From the NCBI GenBank assembly GCA_002269645.1, contig NIVC01002943.1, forward strand, positions 65,345 through 129,344: a stretch of DNA of 64,000 nt, read 5' to 3'. The stretch is from Macrostomum lignano (taxonomy: Eukaryota). The position numbers were made by a program, and so were the translations under genes. Shown one piece after another: positions 40,667-53,143 of this stretch (the stretch's first letter is position 1; each line of letters opens with the position of its first letter). Under the pieces are notes generated by a model. It was not told the DNA's origin and did no database searches. It saw nothing but the letters and a program-made list of their open reading frames with translations.

Positions 40667-41728
40667 ATGAAGCGCAGGCCAAACTTCAGCCCCGCCGAGA
40701 TGGAAGCGCTGATCGACGGCGTGGCGGCCAGCCGGGCGGTGGTGGCCGGCGCCAGCTCCGGCCGGGTGTCCAAGGCCAGCAAGGAGCGGGCCTGGCTGGC
40801 CATCACCGGCGGGGTGAACGCCGTTAGCCAGCTGCACCGCACCGTCGGCGAGGTCAGGAAGAAGTGGAAGAATCTCCGCATGGTGACGAAGGCCAAGAAG
40901 GAGGCGCTGCTGTCCGAGCTGGTCCAGGCGTGCCGCAGCCCCGATGGCCACGGTGGCGGCGCGGTGGACGCGGCAGCCGCCGCGCTGAAGCAGCTGAGCC
41001 CGACAGAGTGCCGCGTCATGGAGATCCTGGAGGGCGGAGCCGCCACCGCCGCTGTCGACGCCGCCATAGACGATCTGGATGACGGCCACCAGCTCGGCGA
41101 CGACGGCAACTGGTCGACAGACGGCCACGCCGCCGACGCCGTGCAGGAGCGGCCGCTGCCGATCGACAGGTCGGAGATCATCCTCACCCGCCGCCTGCCG
41201 CGCCCGGCCTCACCGCTGCCGCTGCCTCCGGCACCGCCGACGCTGACTCTGATGCCGGCCGCGGCCCAGGCAGCGGTGGCGGCAGCTCCGCCCGCCCTGT
41301 TGAAGCCGTCGATCCTGACGGTCGTCGAGTCGCTTCAGCGACGCCTGCTGGCAGACGCCGAGGCTGCAGCGGCGACCGCGGCAAGCCCGACCGCGCCTCC
41401 GTCACCAACGGCCAAAAGCCGCGACCGGCACTGCAGCCGGCCCTGCCAGCGCTGCCGCTGCTGCCACTGCCGCCCCTCCCCGTCGGCAGGCAGCGGCGAG
41501 CAGCACCCGGCCGAGTCCATCGAGCGCCGCCTGCTGCGAGTCGAAGAGCGCCGGCTGCGGCTCGAGCGCGAGAAGCTTGCCGCCCTGCGCGGCATAGGCG
41601 CCAGTCTGCGCCACATCGCCGGCGCCCTGACGATCGGCAACGGAGCGCCGGCTGCGCTTAGCGACGCCTGCCAGGTTGTTAAGGACGCCGATGAGGAGAG
41701 TCAAGAAGCTTCTCAGCAGGATTACTAG
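40667..41728 (+). CDS. Intronless Myb/SANT-like DNA-binding protein (Myb_DNA-bind_5 / MSANTD-NAIF1-like, Harbinger-related), 353 aa
   Basis: KRRPNFSPAEMEALIDGV...KERAWLAITGGVNAVSQLHRTVGEVRKKWKNLR trihelix pattern; Pro/Ala linker; C-terminal coiled coil IERRLLRVEERRLRLEREKL; candidate acceptor TTCGTCAG ~26 nt upstream of the ATG. Confidence 0.85.
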   Translation: MKRRPNFSPAEMEALIDGVAASRAVVAGASSGRVSKASKERAWLAITGGVNAVSQLHRTVGEVRKKWKNLRMVTKAKKEALLSELVQACRSPDGHGGGAVDAAAAALKQLSPTECRVMEILEGGAATAAVDAAIDDLDDGHQLGDDGNWSTDGHAADAVQERPLPIDRSEIILTRRLPRPASPLPLPPAPPTLTLMPAAAQAAVAAAPPALLKPSILTVVESLQRRLLADAEAAAATAASPTAPPSPTAKSRDRHCSRPCQRCRCCHCRPSPSAGSGEQHPAESIERRLLRVEERRLRLEREKLAALRGIGASLRHIAGALTIGNGAPAALSDACQVVKDADEESQEASQQDY

Positions 41729-41863
41729 AGACTGTTGTGACCAGATACTCAAATTTGAGTTCCCTTTTATTGATGATGGCTGAGCATTTCTCAACTCAGA
41801 ACTTTGAGCCACAGGTAGTGGCAGCCTCTGCTGCTTCCGATGCCTGAGCTTCTCCTTGTGCCA

Positions 41864-42552
41864 GACTGACTGACTGACTGACTGACTGACTGACTGACTG
41901 ACTGACTGACTGACTGACTGACTGACTGACTGACTGACTGACTGACTGACTGACTGACTGACTGACTGACTGACTGACTGACTGACTGACTGACTGACTG
42001 ACTGACTGACTGACTGACTGACTGACTGACTGACTGACTGACTGACTGACTGACTGACTGACTGACTGACTGACTGACTGACTGACTGACTGACTGACTG
42101 ACTGACTGACTGACTGACTGACTGACTGACTGACTGACTGACTGACTGACTGACTGACTGACTGACTGACTGACTGACTGACTGACTGACTGACTGACTG
42201 ACTGACTGACTGACTGACTGACTGACTGACTGACTGACTGACTGACTGACTGACTGACTGACTGACTGACTGACTGACTGACTGACTGACTGACTGACTG
42301 ACTGACTGACTGACTGACTGACTGACTGACTGACTGACTGACTGACTGACTGACTGACTGACTGACTGACTGACTGACTGACTGACTGACTGACTGACTG
42401 ACTGACTGACTGACTGACTGACTGACTGACTGACTGACTGACTGACTGACTGACTGACTGACTGACTGACTGACTGACTGACTGACTGACTGACTGACTG
42501 ACTGACTGACTGACTGACTGACTGACTGACTGACTGACTGACTGACTGACTG
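41864..42552. repeat. Pure (TGAC)n microsatellite, ~170 units
   Basis: Uninterrupted tetranucleotide run. Confidence 0.99.
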
Positions 42553-43119
42553 AATGGGTCAGGAATGACTATTTCAGTTTTCAATCGGCTTATTTTAAGT
42601 GGCCTAATTTGTTAAAAATATGCATCCTATTTCAGCCAAAATCGCAAGCCGCACCTGGTGTTTGATTGACGCTATTCTCCTACAGCCAACTAAATGCCAT
42701 TGATTATAAAAACCATAACAGTTTACAACTCATTGCTTTCAACAAACATGACTTCTTAATAATGAATGACTTTTCAAGGTATTAAATTGAAAGTAAAACA
42801 TTTTGTATAAAAAATTAATTAAGTAAACTTTTCTTATAATTAAAAAGTACTAAGCAAAATATGCGCATAGGTAATGATTGAAACATAGCCGAAAATATAT
42901 AGCTATTTCGAGCGAGACAGTAAAGAGCACAAATACTTGCATGCCAGGGAATGAAAATGTATGTGCAACCCGCTGCAAAACAAAATATGGAGCTTATTAA
43001 GCACGGATAAAGTAATTGCTGAGCCGTAACAACTACAAATAACAGAAGTTAGGGGTCATTTGAATACGCTACAGTTATCGAGTTATGTACATAAGGACAG
43101 ATGTACATGTAGTTACTTT

Positions 43120-44410
43120 TGGGGTCATTTCAAGACAGAACAGGTTTGGGGTCATCTGAGGCTGCAACGGACTTGGGGTCATCTGAGGACATAACGGACT
43201 TGGGGTCATTTGAGGACATAACGGACTTGGGGTCATTTGAGGACATAACGGACTTGGGGTCATTTGAGGACATAATGGACTTGGGGTCATTTGAGGACAT
43301 AACGGACTTGGGGTCATTTGAGGACATAACGGACTTGGGGTCATTTGAGGACATAATGGACTTGGGGTCATTTGAGGACATAACGGACTTGGGGTCATTT
43401 GAGGACATAACGGACTTGGGGTCATTTGAGGACATAATGGACTTGGGGTCATTTGAGGACATAATGGACTTGGGGTCATTTGAGGACATAATGGACTTGG
43501 GGTCATTTGAGGACATAATGGACTTGGGGTCATTTGAGGACATAACGGACTTGGGGTCATTTGAGGACATAACGGACTTGGGGTCATTTGAGGACATAAC
43601 GGACTTGGGGTCATCTGAGGACATAACGGACTTGGGGTCATTTGAGGACATAACGGACTTGGGGTCATTTGAGGACATAATGGACTTGGGATCATTTGAG
43701 GACATAACGGACTTGGGGTCATTTGAGGACATAACGGACTTGGGGTCATTTGAGGACATAATGGACTTGGGGTCATTTGAGGACATAATGGACTTGGGGT
43801 CATTTGAGGACATAATGGACTTGGGGTCATTTGAGGACATAATGGACTTGGGGTCATTTGAGGACATAATGGACTTGGAGTCATTTGAGGACATAACGGA
43901 CTTGGGGTCATTTGAGGACATAACGGACTTGGGGTCATTTGAGGACATAATGGACTTGGGGTCATTTGAGGACATAATGGACTTGGGGTCATTTGAGGAA
44001 ATAATGGACTTGGGGTCATTTGAGGACATAATGGACTTGGGGTCATTTGAGGACATAATGGACTTGGGGTCATTTGAGGACATAACGGACTTGGGTTCAT
44101 TTGAGGACATAATGGACTTGGGGTCATTTGAGGACATAATGGACTTGGGGTCATTTGAGGACATAACGGACTTGGGGTCATCTGAGGACATAACGGACTT
44201 GGGGTCATTTGAGGACATAACGGACTTGGGGTCATCTGAGGACATAACGGACTTGGGGTCATTTGAGGACATAACGGACTTGGGGTCATTTGAGGACATA
44301 ACGGACTTGGGGTCATTTGAGGACATAACGGACTTGGGGTCATTTGAGGACATACATGTAAAGGACTTAGGGTCATTTGAGGACATAATGGACTTGGGGT
44401 CATCTGGGAT
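43120..44410. repeat. 27-bp minisatellite (GGACTTGGGGTCATTTGAGGACATAA[C/T])
   Basis: 9-aa periodicity in the spurious ORFs; ~47 units. Confidence 0.98.
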
Positions 44411-45039
44411 CATTTGAATGCAATGCCAAGCCAAACTGAATCTCAAGCGTACAAAAACTGATGGAAAGTCAGCCCGCACATTCCAGAGCATAGCTACTCT
44501 AAAAAACTTACAAAAAATCCTGACAAGGCAGATAAAAACGGAGCACACGGACAAGAAGACCCAGTTCAAAGTCGTATTGCACGGAGACACAACCTTTGTT
44601 CCCGGCCGTACCTGGCACTGTCAATCAAAAATTAAAAAACGACGCTCCGCACGCGCACTTAAAATTGTCGAAGGCGGTGACACAACAGAAGGCACGAAAA
44701 TATGACAGCACTGCGCCTTGGCAGACAAATAATGAGGCAAATTTGACAAATGGCCACAAAAGAAGAATAATACAAGACATAAGTACTCTGCTCTGGGTAA
44801 TTTTATTGAGCATACCAGTTGGTCAATGCAATAGTGGAGGACTTCAGGCACATGGTACGCACACGACAGGGGTAAGCTCTTTGCTTGATTAAATGTCGTT
44901 TTCATTTATCTATAAAGCATAGGATACTGCTCCTAAGAAAGCGTGGACTATCTTAGAGAAGATTGCCTGCCGATAGCGGAAAGTGTCGACAAATCTTCGG
45001 CAGAATGTACGGCCGTCTAGGGAAACTATTTTTTGAAAT

Positions 45040-45510
45040 TGTCTTTGACCGAATGTGTAGGTTGTCCACGGCGGAATGTGTAGGTGTTGCCTATGCTCAA
45101 ATGTGTGGGTTGTCCATGGCAGAATGTGTAGGCTGTCTATGGTAATATGTGTAGTTTGTCTATGGCAGAATGTGTAGTTTGTCTATGGCAGAATGTGTAG
45201 GTTGTCCACGGCGGAATGTGTAGGTGTTGCCTATGCTCAAATGTGTGGGTTGTCCATGGCAGAATGTGTAGGCTGTCTATGGTAATATGTGTAGTTTGTC
45301 TATGGCAGAATGTGTAGTTTGTCTATGGCAGAATGTGTAGGTTGTCTATGGCAGAATGTGTAGTTTTTCTATGGCAGAATGTGTAGGTTGTCTATTGTAA
45401 AATATGTGGTTTGTCTATAACAAAATGTCTCGTCTATGGTAAAATGTGTGGGTTCTCTACAATAAAATGTGCGAGTTGTCTATGGTAAATACGTGGGTTA
45501 TCTATGGCAG
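45040..45510. repeat. Degenerate ~23-bp array containing a 140-bp direct duplication
   Basis: GAATGTGTAGGTTGTCCACG at 45051 and 45191. Confidence 0.85.
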
Positions 45511-45674
45511 AATGGAGTTTATGCATAGCCGATTTGGGATTTTTTGGCCGATTTTTTCGTTACCGAAGACATTTGCAGCTCGCACAATTAAAGAAACGCT
45601 AATTGAAGTGAAGGACAGAAACCAAGGATTACCAAGAAGACCAACTAAAGCCTGAAGTCCAACTGAGATGTCAA

Positions 45675-48600
45675 TCAAATCTTTGAGTGCCGCAGTTGGA
45701 ACCCGTTGTTGTTGCTATGCAAAATTCTGTCGCCATCATCCAGCCTGAGATTCGCCGCCGCGTCGTCCTCGCCTTCGTCTCGCCGAAGATTCGCCAGTCT
45801 CTGAAGATTTTCGCCGGACTTTGCCCGACGAATACGACGGGCCGCTTGGCCGAAAACTTGGCCGAGGAAGCCCAGGCCGATGCCGAACATGGTGACGGCT
45901 CCAAGCCGGCCGAGAAAGTCTGTGGCCGGGTTGGCCAGGTAGGACACGGTGAGGCAGCCGCCCACGCACAGCCGCATCAGGCAGAATGACACCAGGAAGG
46001 TCAGCTCTACGACTAGCAGCAGCTGGGACCTGCGAATGAGCAGTTCATGACCACAGCTAATCAGAATGAGCAGTCAATGACCACAGCTAATCAGAATAAG
46101 CAGTCAATGACCACAGCTAATCAGAATGAGCAGTCAATGACCACAGCTAATCAGAATAGCAGTCAATGACCACAGCTAATCAGAATGAGCAGTTCATGAC
46201 CACAGCTAATCAGAATGAGCAGTTCATGACCACAGCTAATCAGAATGAGCAGTTCATGACCACAGCTAATCAGAATGAGCAGTTCATGACCACAGCTAAT
46301 CAGAATGAGCAGTTCATGACCACAGCTAATCAGAATGAGCAGTTCATGACCACAGCTAATCAGAATGAGCAGTTCATGACCACAGCTAATCAGAATGAGC
46401 AGTTCATGACCACAGCTAATCAGAATGAGCAGTTCATGACCACAGCTAATCAGAATGAGCAGTTCATGACCACAGCTAATCAGAATGAGCAGTTCATGAC
46501 CACAGCTAATCAGAATGAGCAGTCCATGACCACAGCTAATCAGAATGAGCAGTTCATGACCACAGCTAATCAGAATGAGCAGTTCATGACCACAGCTAAT
46601 CAGAATGAGCAGTTCATGACCACAGCTAATCAGAATGAGCAGTTCATGACCACAGCTAATCAGAATGAGCAGTTCATGACCACAGCTAATCAGAATGAGC
46701 AGTTCATGACCACAGCTAATCAGAATGAGCAGTTCATGACCACAGCTAATCAGAATGAGCAGTTCATGACCACAGCTAATCAGAATGAGCAGTTCATGAC
46801 CACAGCTAATCAGAATGAGCAGTTCATGACCACAGCTAATCAGAATGAGCAGTTCATGACCACAGCTAATCAGAATGAGCAGTCCATGACCACAGCTAAT
46901 CAGAATGAGCAGTCCATGACCACAGCTAATCAGAATGAGCAGTTCATGACCACAGCTAATCAGAATGAGCAGTTCATGACCACAGCTAATCAGAATGAGC
47001 AGTTCATGACCACAGCTAATCAGAATGAGCAGTTCATGACCACAGCTAATCAGAATGAGCAGTTCATGACCACAGCTAATCAGAATGAGCAGTTCATGAC
47101 CACAGCTAATCAGAATGAGCAGTTCATGACCACAGCTAATCAGAATGAGCAGTTCATGACCACAGCTAATCAGAATGAGCAGTTCATGACCACAGCTAAT
47201 CAGAATGAGCAGTTCATGACCACAGCTAATCAGAATGAGCAGTTCATGACCACAGCTAATCAGAATGAGCAGTTCATGACCACAGCTAATCAGAATGAGC
47301 AGCCCATGACCACAGATAACCAGAATGAGCAGTCCATGACCACAGATAACCAGAATGAGCAGTCCATGACCACAGATAACCAGAATGAACAGTCCATGAC
47401 CACGGCTAACCAGAATGAGCAGTCCATGAAAAGATAACCAGAATGAGCAGTCCATGACAAGATAACCAGAATGAGCAGTCCATGACCACAGATAACCAGA
47501 ATGAGCAGTCCATGACCACAGATAACCAGAATGAGCAGTCCATGACCACAGATAACCAGAATGAGCAGTTCATGACCACAGATAACCAGAATGAACAGTC
47601 CATGACCACGGCTAACCAGAATGAGCAGTCCATGAAAAGATAACCAGAATGAGCAGTCCATGACCACAGTTATTCAGAATGAGCAGTAAAATGACCAACA
47701 GCAGCTCAAACCAACCTGAGCGGACTGTTCCCGCCGCCGGAATTTCTTAGAAACCAGCGCAACTGCAGCAGCGGGTTGGTGCACTCGCTACCGCCAATGG
47801 TGATGGTGAGCTCCGGTGCCCATCGGCAGCCGAAGAGCGACATGGCCAGGCCGAACACGCTGGCGCAGTGGTGCAGCAGCATCAGGGGTCCTTCGGTGCG
47901 GTGCAGCAGGCACCAGGCCAGGTCAAAAAGAAAATAGCCCAAGCACACGGTGAACAGGAGCCGCTCCAGGCAGTTGTAGGGCTGGCCTGGACAGTAGGGG
48001 TGAACACAGGTGCGTTATGCGTAGGTGCATTAAAGCGATTCTCACGGGTGGATTAGGGCCATTCTCACGGGTGGATTAGGGCCATTCTCACGGGTGGATT
48101 AGGGCCTCTCACGGGGGGATTAGGGTGATCTCACAGGTGGATTAGTGATGATTCTAAAAGGTGGATTTGGGTGATTCTCACAGGTGGATTTGGGTGATTC
48201 TCACAGGTGGATTAGGGCGATTCTCAGGGTGGATTAGGGCCATTCTCACGGGTGGATTAGTGATGATTCTAAAAGGTGAATTTGGGTGATTTTCATGGAT
48301 GGATTAGGGTGATTTACCCGAATGGATTAGTGATGATTCTAAAAGGTGAATTTGGGTGATTTTCACGGATGGATTAGGGTGATTTACCCGAATGGATTAG
48401 TGATAATTCTAAAAGGTGGATTTGGGTGATTTTCACGGATGGATTAGGGTGATTTACCCGAATGGATTAGTGATAATTCTAAAAGGTGGATTTGGGTGAT
48501 TTTCACGGATGGATTAGGGTGATTTACCCGAATGGATTAGTGATAATTCTAAAAGGTGGATTAGGGTGATTTACCCGAATGGATTAGTGATAATTCTAAA

Positions 48601-51576
48601 AGGTGGATTTGGGTGATTTTCACGGATGGATTAGGGTGATTTTCCCGAATGGATTAGGGCGATTCTCACAGGTAGATTAGGGGCGGTTCTCACTGGTGGA
48701 TTAGAGTGATCTCACAGGTGGATTAGTGATGATTATCACAGGTGGATTAGTGATAATTCTCACAGGTAGATTAGGGTGATCTCACGGGTGGATTAGGGCG
48801 ATTCTCACAGGTGGATTAGTCGATGTCCAAGGGTGAATTAGGGCGATTCTCACAGGTGGATAAGGGTGATTCTCACAAGTGGCTTAGGGTGATTTTCACG
48901 GGTGGATTTGGGTGATTTTCACGGATGGATTAGGGTGATTTTTCCGAATAGATTAGGGCGATTCTCACAGGTGGATTAGGGACGATTCTCACAGGTGGAT
49001 TAGGGACGATTCTCACAGGTGGATTAGGGGCGGTTCTCACTGGTGGATTAGAGTGATTTTCACGGGTGGATTAGGGTGATTTTCCTGGATTGATCAGTGG
49101 TGATTCTCACGCGGGGATTAGTGGCGACTCTCACCTGCGGATTAGGGCGCCGCTAAAAATAAAGCCTATCGAATATAAAATCTGAAGGCATTAATTAAGC
49201 CTGTATTTACAGCCAGTAAAATTGATAGAATCGCAAAATTTCTGAGGGAGCAGCTGAGACGTGCAGTAGATCCATAGACATAATCGAATTGTCGCGGGTG
49301 CCAGAAACAAAGGAAAACAAGAAGTTAGAGGAAGATTAGAAAACAACATAAGAGAAATCGAATTAGAAACAATGGCTACGCGCACTCGTGTTTGGCCATT
49401 ATTTCAGCCCCTTACCTACTACGCAACGTCATTGTCTATAAGACACAGCCTGGCCATTATTTCAGCGTGCCGGAAGCGGTCATTATTTCAGGGTAAGAGT
49501 CTGCGTGCGTGCGACTGCGTAAAGAGGGCGGTGGTTGGCGATGGTTGGACTAAAAATAAAAAAGCTGTTGGGCAATAGACTATAAATGAATAAGCTGATG
49601 ATAGGCTTGAGCTGACGAGAAGTAGAGATAGTCGAGATCGAGGATTAACAGAGCTGTCTTTTCTTTTTTCGGCTATGGCGCTTATCAATTGGTCGCATCT
49701 TCCCGTGGACAGCCTTAACGGAGTAACTAGATATGAGAACTACTATCCGAGCTAAGTGCAAAGGAGCTTCAGTGGAGGTGAGACAGGAGACGCGGATGAA
49801 GCATGGTTAGTACATGTACATTAAGTTGTAAGTAAATTAGCGGCTATACTATTGGTTATATAGAAACTGTGAATTTTTTACAATACCCATTAAGCTGCAG
49901 GTCGGATGGATTCGGAAAGTGCAGTTCGGTTTTTCGAGAATTGCCACTTCAAGGATTGCACGTTTCATTTTTAATGAGCAACTTCTGATGAACAGACTAC
50001 GACTACTATGTTGTTTTTGTGTTAGGCGCGTTTTCTGCTAAATAGTTTTGTGGCTAAATAGTTTTGACTATCATTTTCTTCTCACTAATATTACTATTGT
50101 TATGATTATCATTACTGTGAACATTATTCCCTTATGCCAGTTAATATATGAATACTTTAACTAATCGTCTATGGTTCAAACGTCTGTTAAAGCTGAAATA
50201 ATGGCCAGTTGAGTTTGTCATTACGCCAGGCTGTGTCTTCTGGACAATGTACCCTTCGTGGAGGTCATGGAGGTCCAAAACAAAGTGGCCCTAAAATTAA
50301 AATGATGCTGGCCATCCAAGTTGCCAAAATAATATTAGCTGTATTGAAAGCTGGATGCTTGACAGCGTTTAAATAATAAGTATTGAATATTTATTAACTA
50401 TTATTATTTAAATGCATGACGAACGCTTTTGAAAAAATACCATCGGATACCATGCACCCCTGGAATTTAAAAACTCATATAGACACCTGGGATAAAATCC
50501 CATTGAATCCTGTCGACACCTGGGAAAAATCCCTAAAATCCCCACCGAATTCCATAGACACCTGGGATAAAAATCCCCCATTGAGTCCCATAGAAACCTG
50601 GGAAAAAATCCCCAGAGTCCTATAGGCACCTGGGATAAAAATCCCCACTGAGTCCCACAGACAACTGGGATAAAAATCCCCATTGAATCCAATAGAAACC
50701 TGGGATAAAAATCCCCACTGAATCCCATAGACACCTGAGATAAAAATCCCCACTGAATCCCATAGACGCCTGAGATAAAAATCCCCACTGAATCCCATAG
50801 ACACCTGAGATAAAAATCCCCATTGAATCCCATAGACACCTGGGATAAAAATCACCGCTGAATCCCATAGACACCTGGGATAAAAATCCCCATTGAATCC
50901 CATAGACACCTGGGATAAAAATCACCGCTGAATCCCATAGACACCTGGGATAAAAATCACCGCTGAATCCTATAGACACCTGGGATAAAAATCCCATTAA
51001 ATTTCCATAGACACCTGGGATAAAAATCCCATTAAATTTCCATAGACACCTGGGATAAAAATCCCATTAAATTTCCATAGACACCTGGGATAAAAATCCC
51101 ATTAAATTTCCATAGACACCTGGGATAAAAATCCCATTAAATTTCCATAGACACCTGGGATAAAAATCTCATTAAATCCCATAGACACCTGGGATAAAAA
51201 TCCCATTAAATCCCATAGACACCTGGGATAAAAATCCCATTAAATCCCATAGACACCTGGGACAAAAATCCACACTGAATACGAGCTAACAACAGACAAA
51301 TGAGACAAAAATCCCCATTAAATTCCATCGATGCTCACCCTGCATTTCCCAGTAGACGGCGTTGCGCCCAAAGCTCGCCAAATCCCAGCCGGCCAGCGCC
51401 GTGACCAAGCAGGCGTGCGCCACCGTCACCATGCGGCAGCGCCATTCGCGCGAAAAATGGCGCGTGGCGCCAAACACGGCCAGAAATTTGTAGGCGCCGG
51501 TCCAGCAGGCGAAAGCGAAGGCCACTTCGGCTGCCAAGCGGCCGGTGCTGGCTGAGCAGCCAAGGTCAGCGGGCAT
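45675..51576 (-). CDS. TLCD5: TLC-domain membrane protein TLCD5/TMEM136, 3 exons (51576-51339, 47986-47716, 46029-45675), 287 aa
   Basis: SREWRCRMVTVAHACL, LGYFLFDLAWCLLHRTEGPLMLLHHC and GGSECTNPLLQLRWFLR match the TMEM136 pattern. Intron phases 1 and 2 are consistent. Confidence 0.88.
46033..47695. repeat. 30-bp highly homogeneous minisatellite (GACCACAGCTAATCAGAATGAGCAGTTCAT), ~55 units, filling TLCD5 intron 2
   Basis: 10-aa periodicity; runs to within a few nt of the acceptor (46030) and ~20 nt of the donor (47715). Confidence 0.98.
48048..49150. repeat. Degenerate ~21-22 bp array (GGATTAGGGTGATTCTCACAGGT) in TLCD5 intron 1
   Basis: Recurrent GGATTAG(G/T)G; some multi-unit blocks are repeated (~48290-48650). 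Confidence 0.9.
50490..51275. repeat. ~35-bp minisatellite (CCATAGACACCTGGGATAAAAATCCCATTAAAT) in TLCD5 intron 1, next to the donor
   Basis: CCATAG at 51005 and 51040. Confidence 0.95.
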
Positions 51577-51704
51577 GCTGGGATTTCAATACTTGGCTTC
51601 ACTTGGGCTGCAATAAACTGCGGTTTCTACTGCCAGTAGCAGATCTGGGAAATTCTCTGCCGATCTGAAATAAAAAGCAGTGTTTAAAATGAAGCTGGAA
51701 CTTT

Positions 51705-52640
51705 AGGGGTGATTTTGGGGTGGCTTACGGATGCTTATGGGGTGGCTTCGGGATGATTTTGTGAGTGGCTTAGGGATGATTTTGGGGTGGCTTGGGATGA
51801 TTATGGAGTGGTTTAGGGATGATTTTGTAAGTGGGTTAGGGATGACTTTGTGGGGCTTTGGGATGATTTTGTGAGTGGGTTAGGGATGATTGTGGAGTGG
51901 CTTAGGGGTGATTATGGAGTGGCTTAGGGATGATTTTGTGAGTGGGTTAGGGATGATTGTGGAGTGGCTTAGGGATGATTATGGAGTGGCTTAGGGATGA
52001 TTTTTTGGGGGCTTGGGGATGATTTTGTGAGTGGCTTAGGGATGATTTTGTGAGTGGGTTAGGGATGATTTTGTGGGGGCTTAGGGATGATTTTGTGGGG
52101 CTTAGGGATGATTTTGTGAGTGGGTTAGGGATGATTTTGTGAGTGGGTTAGGGATGATTTTGGGGTGGCTTAGGGATGATTATGGAGTGGCTTAGGGATG
52201 ATTTTGGGGTGGCTTAGGGATGATTATGGAGTGGCTTAGGGATGATTTTGGGGTGGCTTAGGGATGATTATGGAGTGGCTTAGGGATGATTTTGGGGTGG
52301 CTTAGAGATGATTTTGTGGGGGCTTAGGGATGATTTTGTGAGTGGCTTAGAGATGATTTTGTGGGGGCTTAGGGATGATTTTGTGGGGGCTTAGGGATGA
52401 TTTTGTGAGTGCCTTAGGGATGATTTTCTGGGGGCTTAGGGATGATTTTGGGGTGGCTTAGGGATGATTTTGGGGTGGCTTAGCGATGACTTTGGGTGTC
52501 TTAGGAATGATTTTGCGAGTGGCTTCGGGATGATTTTGTGAGTGGCTTAGGGATGATTATGGGGTGGCTTGGGGATGATTTTGGGGTGGCTTAGGGATGA
52601 TTTTGGAGTGGCTTATGGATAATTTTAGGGTGACTTAGGA
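51705..52640. repeat. ~22-23 bp G-rich array (GGCTTAGGGATGATTTTGTGAGT) upstream of TLCD5
   Basis: TTAGGGATGATT recurs in most units. Confidence 0.93.
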
Positions 52641-53143
52641 ATGATTTTGATGCCTAGTATGGAGAACTCGAGGTAAAATAAGAAACTAGGAAAAGTCTCT
52701 AGCAAATAACAGGACACCCAAACTGAATAAAATGCGCCGTGACTACTAACAGTAAAATATAATAACCGAATATATTTAGCAACGAGACTTGCACTAAAAT
52801 TCAAATCTTGACTTATTTCGCATGCAGTGGCAATGTAGCGAGCAAACGCTTCAGTGCAATTACTATAAACCATGCAATAGAATTGAAGCAAAGGTTATTA
52901 AATATCATCCTGGAAGCAAATCATAAGTTATCTTATCACCAATTAAGACAGAGAAGGATAACGGCAGTAAAACAAAGAAGCTACCAAGAAAACGCCAATA
53001 GCAGAAATTTCAATAGCCAGAACAAATTCCGAAATAGCAACTGTGGAACTTTTTTGAGTTCTGGAGCAATTCTCTGTCTCGGAAAGTTTTTGGCCCCAGC
53101 TGGAGATTGGCGATTAGAAAGAGATCCGGCTGACTGATGGCAA

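Noticed and set aside
44418-44905. Short ORFs possibly from a LINE or other transposon
   Set aside because: No recognisable RT, endonuclease or transposase motifs; overlapping short ORFs on both strands.
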